Shown here piece after piece: positions 40,682-53,060 of a DNA stretch of 64,000 nucleotides; within the stretch, counting starts at the first letter, position 1; every line of letters begins with the position of its first letter. The DNA is from Eledone cirrhosa (Eukaryota): the NCBI GenBank assembly GCA_964016885.1, contig OZ024740.1, forward strand, positions 163,804,001-163,868,000, given 5' to 3'. Both the position numbers and the translations under genes were made by a program. Under the pieces are notes generated by a model, which ran no database searches, was not told the DNA's origin, and worked only from the letters and a program-made list of their open reading frames with translations.

Positions 40682-41491
40682 CTGTACATACAAATAATGA
40701 AACAGTACATGCAAATAATGAAACAAAAGCTTTCTCCAGATAAACAAAAGCCAAGTAGAGGGGTTTACTTTTTGCTAGGCTCTTCTGCTGTTGCCTCATA
40801 AGGAAGAGGGCATCTGTGGTATTTTTACCATTGGGTATGTCGTTATATATATATATGTTTTTGTGTGTGTGCTTGTTTATATATAGGCATGTATATGTAT
40901 ATGCGTATTTGAGACAACCATATTGTTACTTCTTACTTGTGATAGATAGATAACATGGAATGGACCTCCATCCGTTTCAACGATGAGGGTTTTCGATGTT
41001 CGATCCATGGTGGCGGTGGGATGTGTGCTCATGAAATGAACAAGTAAGTGGTTGAACATTCCACAGTCATGTGTACCATTAACGTATTTCCCACAGTGGG
41101 CATCAAGGAGGGACCTTTAAATTACAGGTCCAATCCAACTGAAAGGCTTCCAAACAGATTCTGTCTACCAAATTTGATTCATATACCATGCAGTGAGATC
41201 ATACTCAGGACCTAATTAATTTTTATGACACAAACAAACTCTAAATGGCTCAGCCATACACGTGTATATACATACATGTTGTTGATGATGATGGTGATGA
41301 TGATTGCGAGGAGGAGGAGGAGGAGGTGGAGGAGGAAGAGGAATGCTAAACAATGATGATGATTTATTAAAAAAGTCAGGCAACAAACACGCAAATTCTG
41401 CTACTTACTTACTTTTAACATTGTTTCTCCTGTTTTTATAGTAACTGATGTCGCTTAAGTGCACAACTCTTGGGAGAAACAGGATATAATG

Positions 41492-41524
<33 letters not shown>

Positions 41525-41568
41525 TCTTTTTTTTAACTAGTTTTTTTTAATGAGAGAGCACACATACA

Positions 41569-41584
41569 AATGTATGCATGTATG

Positions 41585-41615
<31 letters not shown>

Positions 41616-41658
41616 GTATGTATGTATGTATGTATGTATGTATGTATGTATGTATGTA
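41569..41658. repeat. (TATG)n microsatellite
   Basis: Read directly. Confidence 0.97.
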
Positions 41659-41992
41659 TTTTTGGTAAATATCATCTTGGTTAAGAGAGTGGGACTGGAT
41701 TTGTGCAGTGCCTTTGCTCACTATAAAAGCTTCACGGCACAGGCATTGCTTTATATCTGGAGATATCTCTGCACTTGTCATCACATGGTACCATGGTACC
41801 ATGGGCCCAGCACTATGTGTCAATAATTGTCACAGATGTAGTGTTTGTACCAGAGTTTTCAAGTCGCTGGCTGGACTAAAAGGTCACACTCATTCAGCGC
41901 ATCGGTAGGGGTTCTCCTACATGGATATAAAGTAGTGGCCGTACTTGAAAACAAGTTGGCAGCCACCATGTATGTATGTATATGCATATGTA

Positions 41993-42024
<32 letters not shown>

Positions 42025-42416
42025 ATATATATATATCATCATCATTGTTTAACGTCTATCTTCCACGCTAGCATGGGTTAGACGGGAATTGTCCTACTCG
42101 AGGCAAGATTGGTTGGGTGACCATGTCTCGCTCGTATAGGACTGTCTGGCAGGTTTTCTACAGCTGGATGCCCTTCCTAACACCAATTACATTTACAGTG
42201 TGTGTATATATATATATATATTCAGTATATAAGGATGCAATTCACTTCTAGCACTCAACGTCATATTATTTCCTAAATCAAGGATGGCAGAGTATATTAA
42301 TAAAGAGGAAAATGCAAAGTTGAAGAAGTTAGGGTCCTTTATTAATTGAACCGTATTAAACATATTTTAATGACGATCGATATCATGATTTCTTCAGACA
42401 GCAATATATATATATA

Positions 42417-43260
42417 CTAGCAGTGGTACCCGGCGTTGCATGGGATAAGGTATTTTGGAAGGCGGGCCGCCAACAGACCTAATCGTGGAAAAACTGCATT
42501 CCTGGACAATATGTAAAGAAAATAAACTGAATACTCTGATGGGTGGATAATCTTTAAGATTTTCCTCGATGAAGCAGGGAAAATGCAGGTTTTCACCTAA
42601 TGCGAGCCCTAGGGGATCAAGAAAATAAATTTTTTTTTATGTGCATAATATGCCTTGGAATTTCGGGAAAATCGGCTAGACGTAACGCCTCCAAAAAGTC
42701 GTAAAAGCTGAAAAAATGAAGTTTTTCACCTAATGCGGGCCCTAGGCCATAAAAAAGTGGGATTTTCTTTGCTCACGGTATGAAGAAGAGACTGACTAAT
42801 ACATAGTTACAATTTCAAGGAAATCGGTCTGACGTAACGCGGGCCCTAGGAGATCAAAAAGTTGAATTTGTTATGTGCATAACACTCCCTGAAACATAAG
42901 TAATACACATGTAAAGTTTGAAAAATATCGGTTGGGTACTTCTCGAGTTTCAAACTCACAGACACACGAGATTCAAACTCACAGACACACACACAGAGAC
43001 AGACATCCTCGGGGAAGTGACGTAATGCAGACAGCCAGATCTAAAAAGAGAAAGACTAAGAATTATAGAGAGAGATCGCTAAATCGCCTAATGTGGTCTC
43101 TAGAGCATTGAAAATTTGAAATTGTTTTGCTCAAAACACTCCCTGAAACATAAGTATTACATGTGGAAAGTTTGAAAACAGTCGGTTGGGTGGTTCTCGA
43201 GTTTTAGGGATTCAAACTCACACACACACAGACAGACATCCACAGTTTTATATATATAGA
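42417..43260 (-). mobile_element. Non-autonomous Helitron
   Basis: 5' TC (A|TCTATATATA), 3' hairpin CCCATGCAACGCCGGG then CTAG|T; AT target without TSD; internal tandem subrepeats. Confidence 0.88.
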
Positions 43261-43490
43261 TAACCTATGCTAGCATGTAAAAATTGATGTAAAACAATGA
43301 TGAGAATGATGTTATGTAAGTGTGTAACTACAGATACAGGCAGTTTGCCGTTCTGAGCACTCAATGCTGTTATAATGGCCTTTGTTGTGTAGGGTTGTAT
43401 TACAGAGTTAAGGCAGTTGTAGTGTGCAGAGAGTGAATAAAATAAGCTAGATTGAAGTCAATGTTTCAGCATATATACAAACTTTATTGG

Positions 43491-43576
43491 CATATTACAA
43501 TTGTTTCAATATCAATCAGCACAAAGTACAATCATAATGACCGGAGCCTGACTGGCTCAATATCTCATCAGATATG
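43491..43576 (-). ncRNA. Type I hammerhead ribozyme motif (Penelope/retrozyme-like)
   Basis: Minus strand CAUAU-CUGAUGA-GAUAUUGA...UUGAUAUU-GAAAC-AAUU-GUA-AUAUG. Intact catalytic core, 5-bp stem I, stem II with wobbles, palindromic stem III and a GUA site, followed by AATAAA. Confidence 0.75.
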
Positions 43577-43752
43577 TGAGTTTCTGAGTATGTAATTGCT
43601 GGATGTCTGTGGTTCGCCAGCAATCAAGCAATAGTAGAGCCACCAAATGTTTTATTTAATTAATTTCCTTTAAACATTATTTTTGTTTTTTCCAAGCATA
43701 TTTTTTTATAGCTCATTCCATCTAAAATTCTTATTTATTTCATTCCCTTTAA

Positions 43753-43973
43753 CCCTTTAGCATTTAAACCATCCATATCCGGATAGAATTCTCTCACCTC
43801 TTTCTGTTCAAACCGGCTGTAACCAGCTGCTTATACTTATGTTAAGGTATTGTTCTCAAAACAAATAATATCAAAATCTCATAGATTTGATATTATGTGA
43901 GATAATTATGTGAGGTAAAGCCTTTACCATGAAAATATAAAAGTAAATATAAAGTAATGTAAATGCTAAAGGG
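43753..43973. mobile_element. piggyBac-like MITE
   Basis: TTAA|CCCTTTAGCATTT ... AAATGCTAAAGGG|TTAA. Confidence 0.88.
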
Positions 43974-44399
43974 TTAAACAAGTTTTTCCAATTATTTTAG
44001 CATTATAATTTGTTTCACTTAGAAGCATCCTAACTGTTAAGTAGCCATTTTTCTACCACTTTCCTGCCCCTGCATACCATGCCTCCTACCCTGCTGAGAA
44101 GCCCCTCTTTGTGTGGGAATAGGTGATGCATATATGCATAACCCTACATGTGGGAAGGATTGTATGCTCTCATAATATATATGCGGATATGTACAAGCAC
44201 ATTCCCCTTCCAATCCACCCATACAATATAATAAACACTATACTCACTCCATCAGAGATCAATAGGAGACCCATGCAAACTGCAATGAACCTAGCGACTA
44301 GAAGTGGCCTCAGTTGTTGCTGGTGCTGGTGCTGGTGGAAACTACAGATATCTGGAAGACCTCACCATGTATGTATATCCTCTGACTATTACCAAACAA

Positions 44400-47135
44400 T
44401 CATGCTGTCCTCCTACCCTTCAGGCCCATGAAAGTAGTAAGACAACCATGTAGCCTCCCTATCATCAAATGCAGAACAGAAGATTTTCAGCGTTGGGACA
44501 ATGAAAGATAAATATGACGAGATTGTGGAGATGTTAGAGAGGAGTGAAGTAGATGAGTGCTGTGTGCAAGAAGTAAGATGGAGGGGTGCTTCAGCCACAC
44601 TCATCAGAGGCAAATAATAATGGTATAAATTCTTCTGGGTGGGTGGAGTATGAAGAATGCTCCTTGCTCAGAGATGGGTAGATCAGGTAATTGAGGTAGT
44701 CAGAGTGAGTGATAGAATAATTCAACTTTGGCTAGCCTTGGGAAATACTATAGCCATTATACTATCTGCATACACGCAACAAGCTGGACTTGCTGACAAA
44801 CAAAAGGAACATATGTATGAAGCCCTACTACAGACTACCTCAATGATAGATGACAGTGATCTTATGATCACAGCAAGTGACTTCAATGGACATGTTGGGA
44901 AACATCATAACAGATTCCCTGGTATACATGGTAGCTACAGTTATAACACAAGAAATAAGGAGACTAGGCTTCTGGAGTTCTTTGATGATTTGTAACTCAA
45001 ACTTCAAGAAACCAGCCAACCACCTGATTACCTACCAATCAGCGGTGTATACAAGACAAAACAGTCTGGAGAAGGAAAACCCGTAAGAGAACATTCGGCA
45101 GGTAACAAATTCAGGCTTTAACAGTAAGGAAGAGATGGCGTCATATAACAGAGGAAAACTGGAGATTCCTATGGGACAACCTGCTGGAAGCCACAAAGCC
45201 ACAAAGCAAGGTCCCAGCAAGATGGAGGGTGATGTAGTTGTAGAATAGTAAGGTAGATAGAACCATAAAACAGAAATGACAGCCTGGAGAGACTAGAGGA
45301 AAAGGGGAGGCAGGGAGGAATACCAAATAACTAGATGAGAGAATAGGCATCATGTATAACTAGCAAGGAAGCAGAGAAGGAGAAATTTGCTCATGTTCTG
45401 TGTCACAAAGATCAGAGGTGTGAAGTGTTTCAGATTGCAAGATAACGTGCTAGTGAAAATTGTGATGTAGTTGGGGAAAAGTGCATTTGAAATGATAGTG
45501 GAGCACTTGCCCTGTCTGATGCCAACAAGAAGGAAGCATGGAAGACTTACTATGAGAGACTGCTGAATGAAGAGAATAAATGGGACAGCAAGGGCCTAGC
45601 CAATGTAAACCCAAGTGAGGGACCAGCTATTAAAATTGAGAGCAGTGTGATAAATAAAACAATTAAAAACATGAAGGTAGGGAAGGCAAGCTGGACCATT
45701 TGGTATCATTGCTGAGATGCTAAAAGCATCTAGCATGAAAGGATATGCACTAGTTAGATGCATAGTTAATCAAGTAGTACAGAAAGGGGCCATACCCAAT
45801 GACTGGCGCAGTAGTATCATAATAAATTGCTACAAGAGCAAAGGAGATGCACTAGAGAGAAGTAACTGCAAAGGTATCAAGTTGATGGACCAGATCATGA
45901 TGCCCTTTTTAGAGTGAGACAACTGCAGGAGAAGTACTTAGCTAAGAGTAAGCCACATTATCTCGCTTTTGTAGATATGGAGAAAGCCCTTGACAGAGTC
46001 CTATGCTCTATAATCTGGTGGGCATTTAGGAAGCAGGGTGTAGATGAATTGCTTGTGAGGGCTTTTACAGGCCATGTATAAATAGCTAGCAAGGGAGGGC
46101 TGGAAGTGAGAACAGTGATGAATTTCAAGTGCAGGTTGTCATCTACCAGGGCTCAATCTTCAGTCATTCAGGCCATCACTGATGAGTTTCAAATTGGAAC
46201 TCTGTGGGAGCTCTTATATGCTGATGACCTAGTCCTCATAGCTGAATCTGTAGCAGATTTAGAGACAAAATTTCAAAATGGAAGAAGAACCTAGAGTTGA
46301 AAGGCCTAAAACTAAACTTAGCAAAGACAAAAGTACTAATAAGTAGACAGGAGGGTGATACCATCAGGAAATGGCCTTGTTTGATAAGTCAGAAAGAGGT
46401 GGGCAGAAATTCTATATGGTATACACAGTACAATCTATGAATGCACAAGACGTAGTAGGATTGCAGACAGATTAGCAGAAAAGATAGACTTTGTATGCAG
46501 CAAATGCACAGGAGAAGTAGGCACTCATGTGAAGTAGATTTCTTCAGCTGTTAGGGAGGCTCCTTAGAAGTTGTCAACAGCTTTTGTTATTTAGGTGATC
46601 AAATTAGCAGTGGAGGAGGATGCACTTAAAGTATGATAGCCAGGATCAGAACAGGCTGGAAGAAGTTTAGAGAGCTGATGCCTCTGCTGACATCAAAGTA
46701 CTTCTCAGAGTGATGGGTAGACTGTATGATGCTTGTGAGCAAACTGCAATGGTATATGGCAGTGAAACATGGGCCTTAACCACAGAAGACCTGCAAAGGC
46801 TGGAAAGAAATGAAGTGAGTATGCTCCAATGGATATGTAATGTTTGTGTCCATGAATAATGTAGCATAAGTGAACTGAGAGGAAAACTTGGCATATGAGG
46901 TTTGGATGTAACGTACAAGAGAAGACTGCACTAGTATGAACATGTGATGCATATGGTGGACAGCAGCTGCATAAAGAAACAGCAATCCAAGTGGTTGGGA
47001 CCTAAGGAAAAGGCAGACACAGGAAAAGATGGGATGAGTCAGTGAAGAGCGACCTTAAGAAACTAGGCCTCACAACTGAGATGACAAAGGATCAAGAGGG
47101 CTGGCGCTATGGTGTGATGATGAAGACTGAGCCAC
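44400..47135 (+). mobile_element. Old, heavily disrupted near-full-length RTE LINE (APE + RT)
   Basis: CCVQEVRWRG, RVSDRII, SDFNGHVG, NCYKSKGDALERSN, LWELLYADD and later RTE remnants, with many stops and frameshifts. Confidence 0.92.
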
Positions 47136-48813
47136 AAGCATACAATATGAACTGATTCATCCATGAGTCCCTCCCATTAGCATTCATCACTACTGCACCC
47201 ATCTGTGTATATATTTATGTATATATGTATGAATATGTATGTGCGTATGTATGTATAGTAGAGCTTCTGACTGCAAAATTTTTATCTTCACTCGTGAGGG
47301 CGCTTGGTTGTTCCAGTGCATCAGCCTCGCTATCACCTGAGGTAACGTTGTGAGTGTGCTGGCTTGCCTCAAAAATTATTAGAGAGGTTTCCCAGTGCTC
47401 CTCACGATACTGTTATCTTTTGCTCTGGTAGCGGCTCGCATGTTCACCCCCTTTGCTTGCATTTTGTTGCATGTGCTCCTAGATGTGTGTACTACCTACC
47501 TGCTTATGAGTTTTTTTTCTCTTTCTTTTTTGTTTTTCCATTCCCTTTCCTTTGTATATATTATATTTGTTTGTATTTTCGTTCTGTGAGCATTATATTA
47601 TTATATTTCTTTTTATACAACTGTGAATAAAACTACCTTCAAAGATAAATTGTAAAGTATTTTTTCTCTTATTTGTCTCAGTGAGTAAAGTGCAGCCTAA
47701 CCCCGCCACCAATTTCATTGAGAAATGATTTTTTTTCTTTCTTTTTGTGCTATCAATTAAACTTACTTCCTAATATGGTGCAAATGACTCTTTTCCTGGA
47801 AGGGGACTGTCGTACTTCCTCCCCCACACCGATTTTAGTGCAAAACTATTTTTTTTTTCACATGCTCTCAAACAAAGTCCGAGGGTCCCCCTTCTGTTTT
47901 CCAGAAGAAAATGTCCTTCGTAGCTTGTTCAGAGGTAAGATTAGTTAGTAGCACACGAAAAGAAGAAAACATTATTTCCCACTGGAATCTGTAGGAGTGT
48001 TGTTCTATAATAATTGTTTCTACTTTTGGCACAAGGCCAGCAATTACTCAGTACATTACTGGTACTTTATTTTATCGACCCCGTAAGGATGAAAGGCAAA
48101 GTTAACCTACTAATTATATTAAACCCAGTACAACTTTTTCACGTCTGGCTCTATTGTTAAGTTATGAGACACAGATGCAAATACAAACGTAAACATAGAC
48201 ATGGACACAGCTATTGTCACCTCAATGCAGATAACTATAAACAATAGTTGTCTAAGTCAGATAAAGTGGCTCCTGGAGACGGAAAAAGTGGACAGAGGCA
48301 CCTGCATGGAATCGAATCATGTATCTTTCGTATGCAGTAACAAAAAAAGTGTATAAAACAAATTAAAAACCATAAATACAAGAAACCTCCAAAACTAAAT
48401 TGGGTAAATTTATAGAACATCACACTTGATTTATGTGGGGAAAAAATATTTCCCTTTTTTTTTTTAGTGTGCTATCAATTAATCTAACCTCCATGATTCT
48501 GGCAATCGACTTTTTTCCCAGAGAATGGAGAGAGTGGGGTGCCCTTTTATTGGAGTTTTCTCTCCATTTCTTTTTAATGTGTTGTCAACGAATATGTCCT
48601 CCAAACCAGTCAGAAACGACTAGATTTGTATAAAAAGTAGGGTGAAAGGGGACGAAAAGACCATTGGAGTTTTGCAGATCTACACACCTCACGTTTGGTG
48701 GGAAATAATTATCTTTCCTTGTTTTCTTCTGGATCTCTTAGGTGCTTGTAATAGACTTTTTTCCCAGGAAACCCAAAACCCAATCCAAAAAAGTCTATTG
48801 CAAGCATCTAAGA

Positions 48814-49297
48814 CGTTGGTTCCCAACCAGGGGGCCATAGCCCACCAGTTGGCCATAGCTAGTTATTGGGGGAGCCACGGGAATTTACTAAAAATCACAA
48901 AATTTCATACATAAAAAAGAAGAGTAGTTTCCTAACATAATTTTTTCTTTTTTTTTGCTTCAAATTTTTATATTCAACTTTTTATCAACTTTCTACCTTT
49001 TCTAATTATGATTTCACTTCACTTGATAATTATTTAAATCTGGATATAACAATTTATGTTTTAGTAAATAAACTTAGTAAAGAAACTTATTTTTATAACA
49101 GGATATATATTATTTATTTTAGTAAATTTTAGTAAAGTTTATAATAAATTTAAAATGATTTGATTGAAATAAAAAGACACGCAGAAATTATTTCTACATA
49201 AAAAAAATTATATAAAAAATTTTAATTTTTTTGGGGGGCCATACTGTTTTGCTATATCATTAAGGTGGAATTTATTATAAAAGGTTGGGAACCGCTG
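48814..49297. mobile_element. hAT/Charlie-like MITE
   Basis: TIR cgttggttcccaacc / ggttgggaaccgctg. Confidence 0.72.
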
Positions 49298-49781
49298 ATC
49301 AATGAGAATCAGAAAAATTTGGGAAAAGATAATTATTTCCCACCAAACGCGAGAGGTGTGACCAGTGGCGGACTGGGTCTAAAAATATTGGTTGCCAGGA
49401 GATAAAGGGGGCCCACCCACATACAGAATGCTTTCATTTAATTTTTATAATGAATAAATAACATTTTCAAAAAATACCTAAATGAAAACAAGACAGTGCA
49501 ATCAAATTTTTTGTGGAAAAAAATGTGTATTTTTTTTTACCAATTATAGTATATATATACAGTACATATTACTGGTAGCATACAGTAATACTAAATGTTA
49601 ATACAGAATGTTATAATTGAATTTTTAAATAATTGTGAATGTATAGTATACTGTTATTTAGAGTAGAGTATGCAAGTGATTGTTCTTAGCTTCTCCAATA
49701 AAAATATTAAGTACCTTGCGGAATATACACATCCAGAGACTTTCAATAATGACCTTTGGTCTTTCACACTCACTCAATATA

Positions 49782-50372
49782 TAATAATAATAATAATGAA
49801 ATTATTGTGTAAAGTGCTCAGGTGCACTACAACTCGTCAAAGGTGTATGTATAGTACATAGAATAATATACAAATGTCAGGGAAGTGAATAGTGTATGAG
49901 TCATGATATACATGTGTGTATGTGTATGGAGGGGGAACATTAGGTGTAGTGTTGGCGAATCTCGGGAAGCATGGAGGTTTTAAACGATGCAGTGTCTCGA
50001 CAGCTAACAACCGATGCAGGTAGTTTGTTCCATGCTTCAGCAACTCTGAGCGTGAAAATATGTTTCCAAAAGTCATGGGAACTGTGATGTTTTCTGACTT
50101 TGTGGGCATGTCCACGTGTGTTAGACACATGGAAATGAAAAAGGTACTCAGGGTTGTTGTTGGCAAGATGGTTAACAATTTTATGGGTGTTTACCAAGTC
50201 AGTTGCCAGGCGTCGGAGCTTCAATGTATCCATACCCAGGGAAGCAAGGCATTCAGAGTATGGTAGATGCCTGATGGAGGGTATTCGCTTGGTTGCACGT
50301 CTCTGAACAGTTTCCAGGTGGTCAATGTTCTGAGCAAGATAGGGGTTCCAGACTGGTGATGCAAATTCTATC
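49782..50372 (-). mobile_element. CR1-clade LINE 3' fragment
   Basis: EFASPVWNPY..LETVQRRATK..LKLRR..TRGH..FTLRVAEAWNKLP and (ATT)n tail. Confidence 0.93.
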
Positions 50373-50934
50373 TGGGAGTATGTGTATGTGTATATATAGA
50401 TATATATACACATCTACATGTACATACGTTTTCAACTTGTACAAAAATTATTTGGGACTCATTCGCCCTAGAGACTTTAGACTGAAGAACTGACCACTAA
50501 TTGATCTTACATGTCTTTAAGCCATTGATATAAACAAATATTTGGCCAGCAGCTCGTGTGTATGTGTACTCATGTGTTATTTTTATTTTCATTTTTTTCC
50601 CACTAACTGTCCCCTCACTCCCTCTCGGAGTTCCTTCCCCTTCTCCTTCCCACCACCCTCCTGATGAAGGGCTTATGCCCGAAACGTCGTCCCACACTCA
50701 ATAGGCGTGAACCTAAACCTTTCGTAACTTGTACTCCTGTGTTGTTGTTCTTTACTTTTCCCTATATATATATATATAGGAAAATGTGCAAGACCCCGAC
50801 GGCAGAGCTGAAGCCGTTTCGACGGCTATTTCTGGACTAAGTCCAGAAATTACTCACTCTACTACCCTAATTATTGAGTACTCTGGTGCATTATGGTCCA
50901 TCTGGTTCCTTACCACACTTCCTTCGTTATATAT

Positions 50935-51227
50935 ATATACAATATATTAACAAATGGAAACTATATTTATAAAACCATATTTATTTCATAATACATATTT
51001 CAAGGGCCACCAAAGCAAACTATGGTGCGCTTTCATCAGATAAAATATAATATAGGTTAGTTTTATAAATAAATATTGACATACCCTTAAAAAATGCAAC
51101 CATTCTGGTTGGAATCTCCTGGATAGTGAAAGCGCACCATAGTTTGCCTTGGTGGCCCTTGAAATATGTATAATGAAATAAATATGGTTTTATAAATATA
51201 GTTTCCATTTGTTAATATATTGTATAT
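50935..51227. repeat. Inverted repeat (~101-bp arms, 91-nt spacer), Penelope-like
   Basis: 50935-51035 vs 51127-51227 with few mismatches; carries a degenerate hammerhead core. Confidence 0.88.
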
Positions 51228-51310
51228 TTACTCCAATAATTTGTTGAGTGCTTTATATCAGTTATAAAAATATTTAGCTTGTATCCCAACAAATTAAATA
51301 TAACCTCTAC

Positions 51311-51341
<31 letters not shown>

Positions 51342-52274
51342 CACACACATATATATATATATATGTCTGTGTGAGTGTCCATGTATGCATACATGCATAA
51401 ATACAGTAAGCTATAAATTTAGACAACCAATGATTCCACTTGTTAACACTATCACATATTCTATTAATTCCCGAGGGACTTGTTTGACCAAATGGTTTGT
51501 TTATTTGTTTATTTATTTTAAAACATTTGTTATACTTTCTCTAAGACTTTTTTTTAAAGATATTTTTTGAAAGCAAAGCATTGGCCCCTAAAATACTACA
51601 GTGGGGCCCTGCAATGCTACTTTGGGGCCCCTGGGGCCAACTTGCCATTTGGCAACCTGGCCAGTCCACCACTGGGCGTGTCAATCTGCGAAACTCTGAT
51701 GGTCTTTTCGCCCACTTTAATCCCCTTTATCTACAAATCTAGTCGGTTCCGACTGGTCTGGAGATCATATTCGCGAAAAAAAAAAAAATCCTAGGGAAAA
51801 CTCCGAGGAGGGAGTTATCCGTGGACACACACACCACCCCTTCCGTTCTTCGGGAAAAAAAGTTGATTGCTAGCATCTTGGAGGCTAGATTAGTTGATAG
51901 CACACGAAAAAAACCGAAGAAAATATTTTCCCCGCACTGAAATCGAGTGGGGGTGTTCTTCAATAATAATACTTTAAATTGAAACGAAATTATAATAGAT
52001 TCATGATTAGTCATAGTAATAACTATCACAGGTAATCGTAACCATAATTATTGCGAAACTATGCCTTAAGTCGCTGTTACTAATGTACTTTTCGCAAATA
52101 AATAATTCTGCAGCAAATAAATAAAATAAGGAAATTGAAATGTTGCCATAAACATTTTAACTAACTTTGTATTAAATATCTATTTATCAATAATTTTTTT
52201 TTCTGATATAATAGTTCACATATTTGTTTTCAAATATTTGTTAATTTACACAGAAAATAATGTGTAATGGAAAG

Positions 52275-52368
52275 AAAACTACTTCCTGTTCAACATCTGT
52301 GTGTGTCACTCTGGTTTATTGGAAGTGACGTGACTATTGACCAGACGAGTTATTGTTGATAAGTATGT
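52275..52368 (+). promoter_or_regulatory. Candidate PSENEN promoter / non-coding first exon
   Basis: ETS-like ACTTCCTG and GGAAGTGACG motifs in a unique, CpG-retaining stretch, followed by a possible donor AA|GTATGT at 52363. An upstream exon is implied by the acceptor before the ATG. Confidence 0.35.
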
Positions 52369-53017
52369 TAAACTTTGTAAATATATAATCTTATTATCCC
52401 TTTTGAAAAGTGCATTTAATTTACTTCGTGATGATATATTTTTCTTTTTAAATTTTAAACTTCTATTAATTGATATGAAAATGAAACTCGTATCATAACG
52501 GATTTTATTCTTTATTTAGAAAACAAAACGACTGTATATTTAAATTTAGGAAATGTGTTGTTTACATTATATAAATAACACCCATTTAGAAATTACCTAT
52601 CTTTCAATTACTTAATATTTCCTTTATTTATTAAAAACGTTAGGGTATAACTTAAGTGGGGTTTGGCTGTTATAAACAGTGTATGGTAGTGTTGTGGTTT
52701 ACCACATCAAGTATCTAGTTTGGTTACTTTCGTCACAGCAAACGTCTAATGTAAGTAACAAATTGTCACTTGGTCGTCCATTACAGCAACATTATATATT
52801 AGATAGTACGAGTAATTTCTTGATGTTCACGAGTCATAGTTGAGTTTATGAACGAAGTTACAATATGAACATATTCGAAACAAACTTTACGGAAAATGGT
52901 GGTTGGAATATCACATAGACAAAAGTTGTTCATCTAAGGGTGGGTGCTTGTACATTTTATGTTTAATGTTGTTTAGCTGCAGGTCAGCACTGTGACCATT
53001 ATATATGTATAAAATGG

Positions 53018-53060
<43 letters not shown>

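Larger units (their letters stand above)
49363..51674. mobile_element. Non-autonomous hAT-like element carrying later insertions
   Basis: TIR CAGTGGCGGACTGG / CCAGTCCACCACTG; 8-bp TSD ggtgtgac / ggcgtgtc; subterminal ggggccc motifs. Confidence 0.8.
48410..51965. mobile_element. Fold-back (long-TIR) element with nested insertions
   Basis: 48410-48740 mirrors 49300-49362 + 51675-51965 (e.g. tttggtgggaaataattatctt / aagataattatttcccaccaaa). A shorter relative lies at ~47700-48010. Confidence 0.75.

Noticed and set aside
41825-41905. C2H2 zinc-finger-like peptide CSVCTRVFKSLAGLKGHTHSAH (similar near 7605-7660)
   Set aside because: Isolated, with no splice context; best explained as the C-terminal finger of a decayed non-LTR element.
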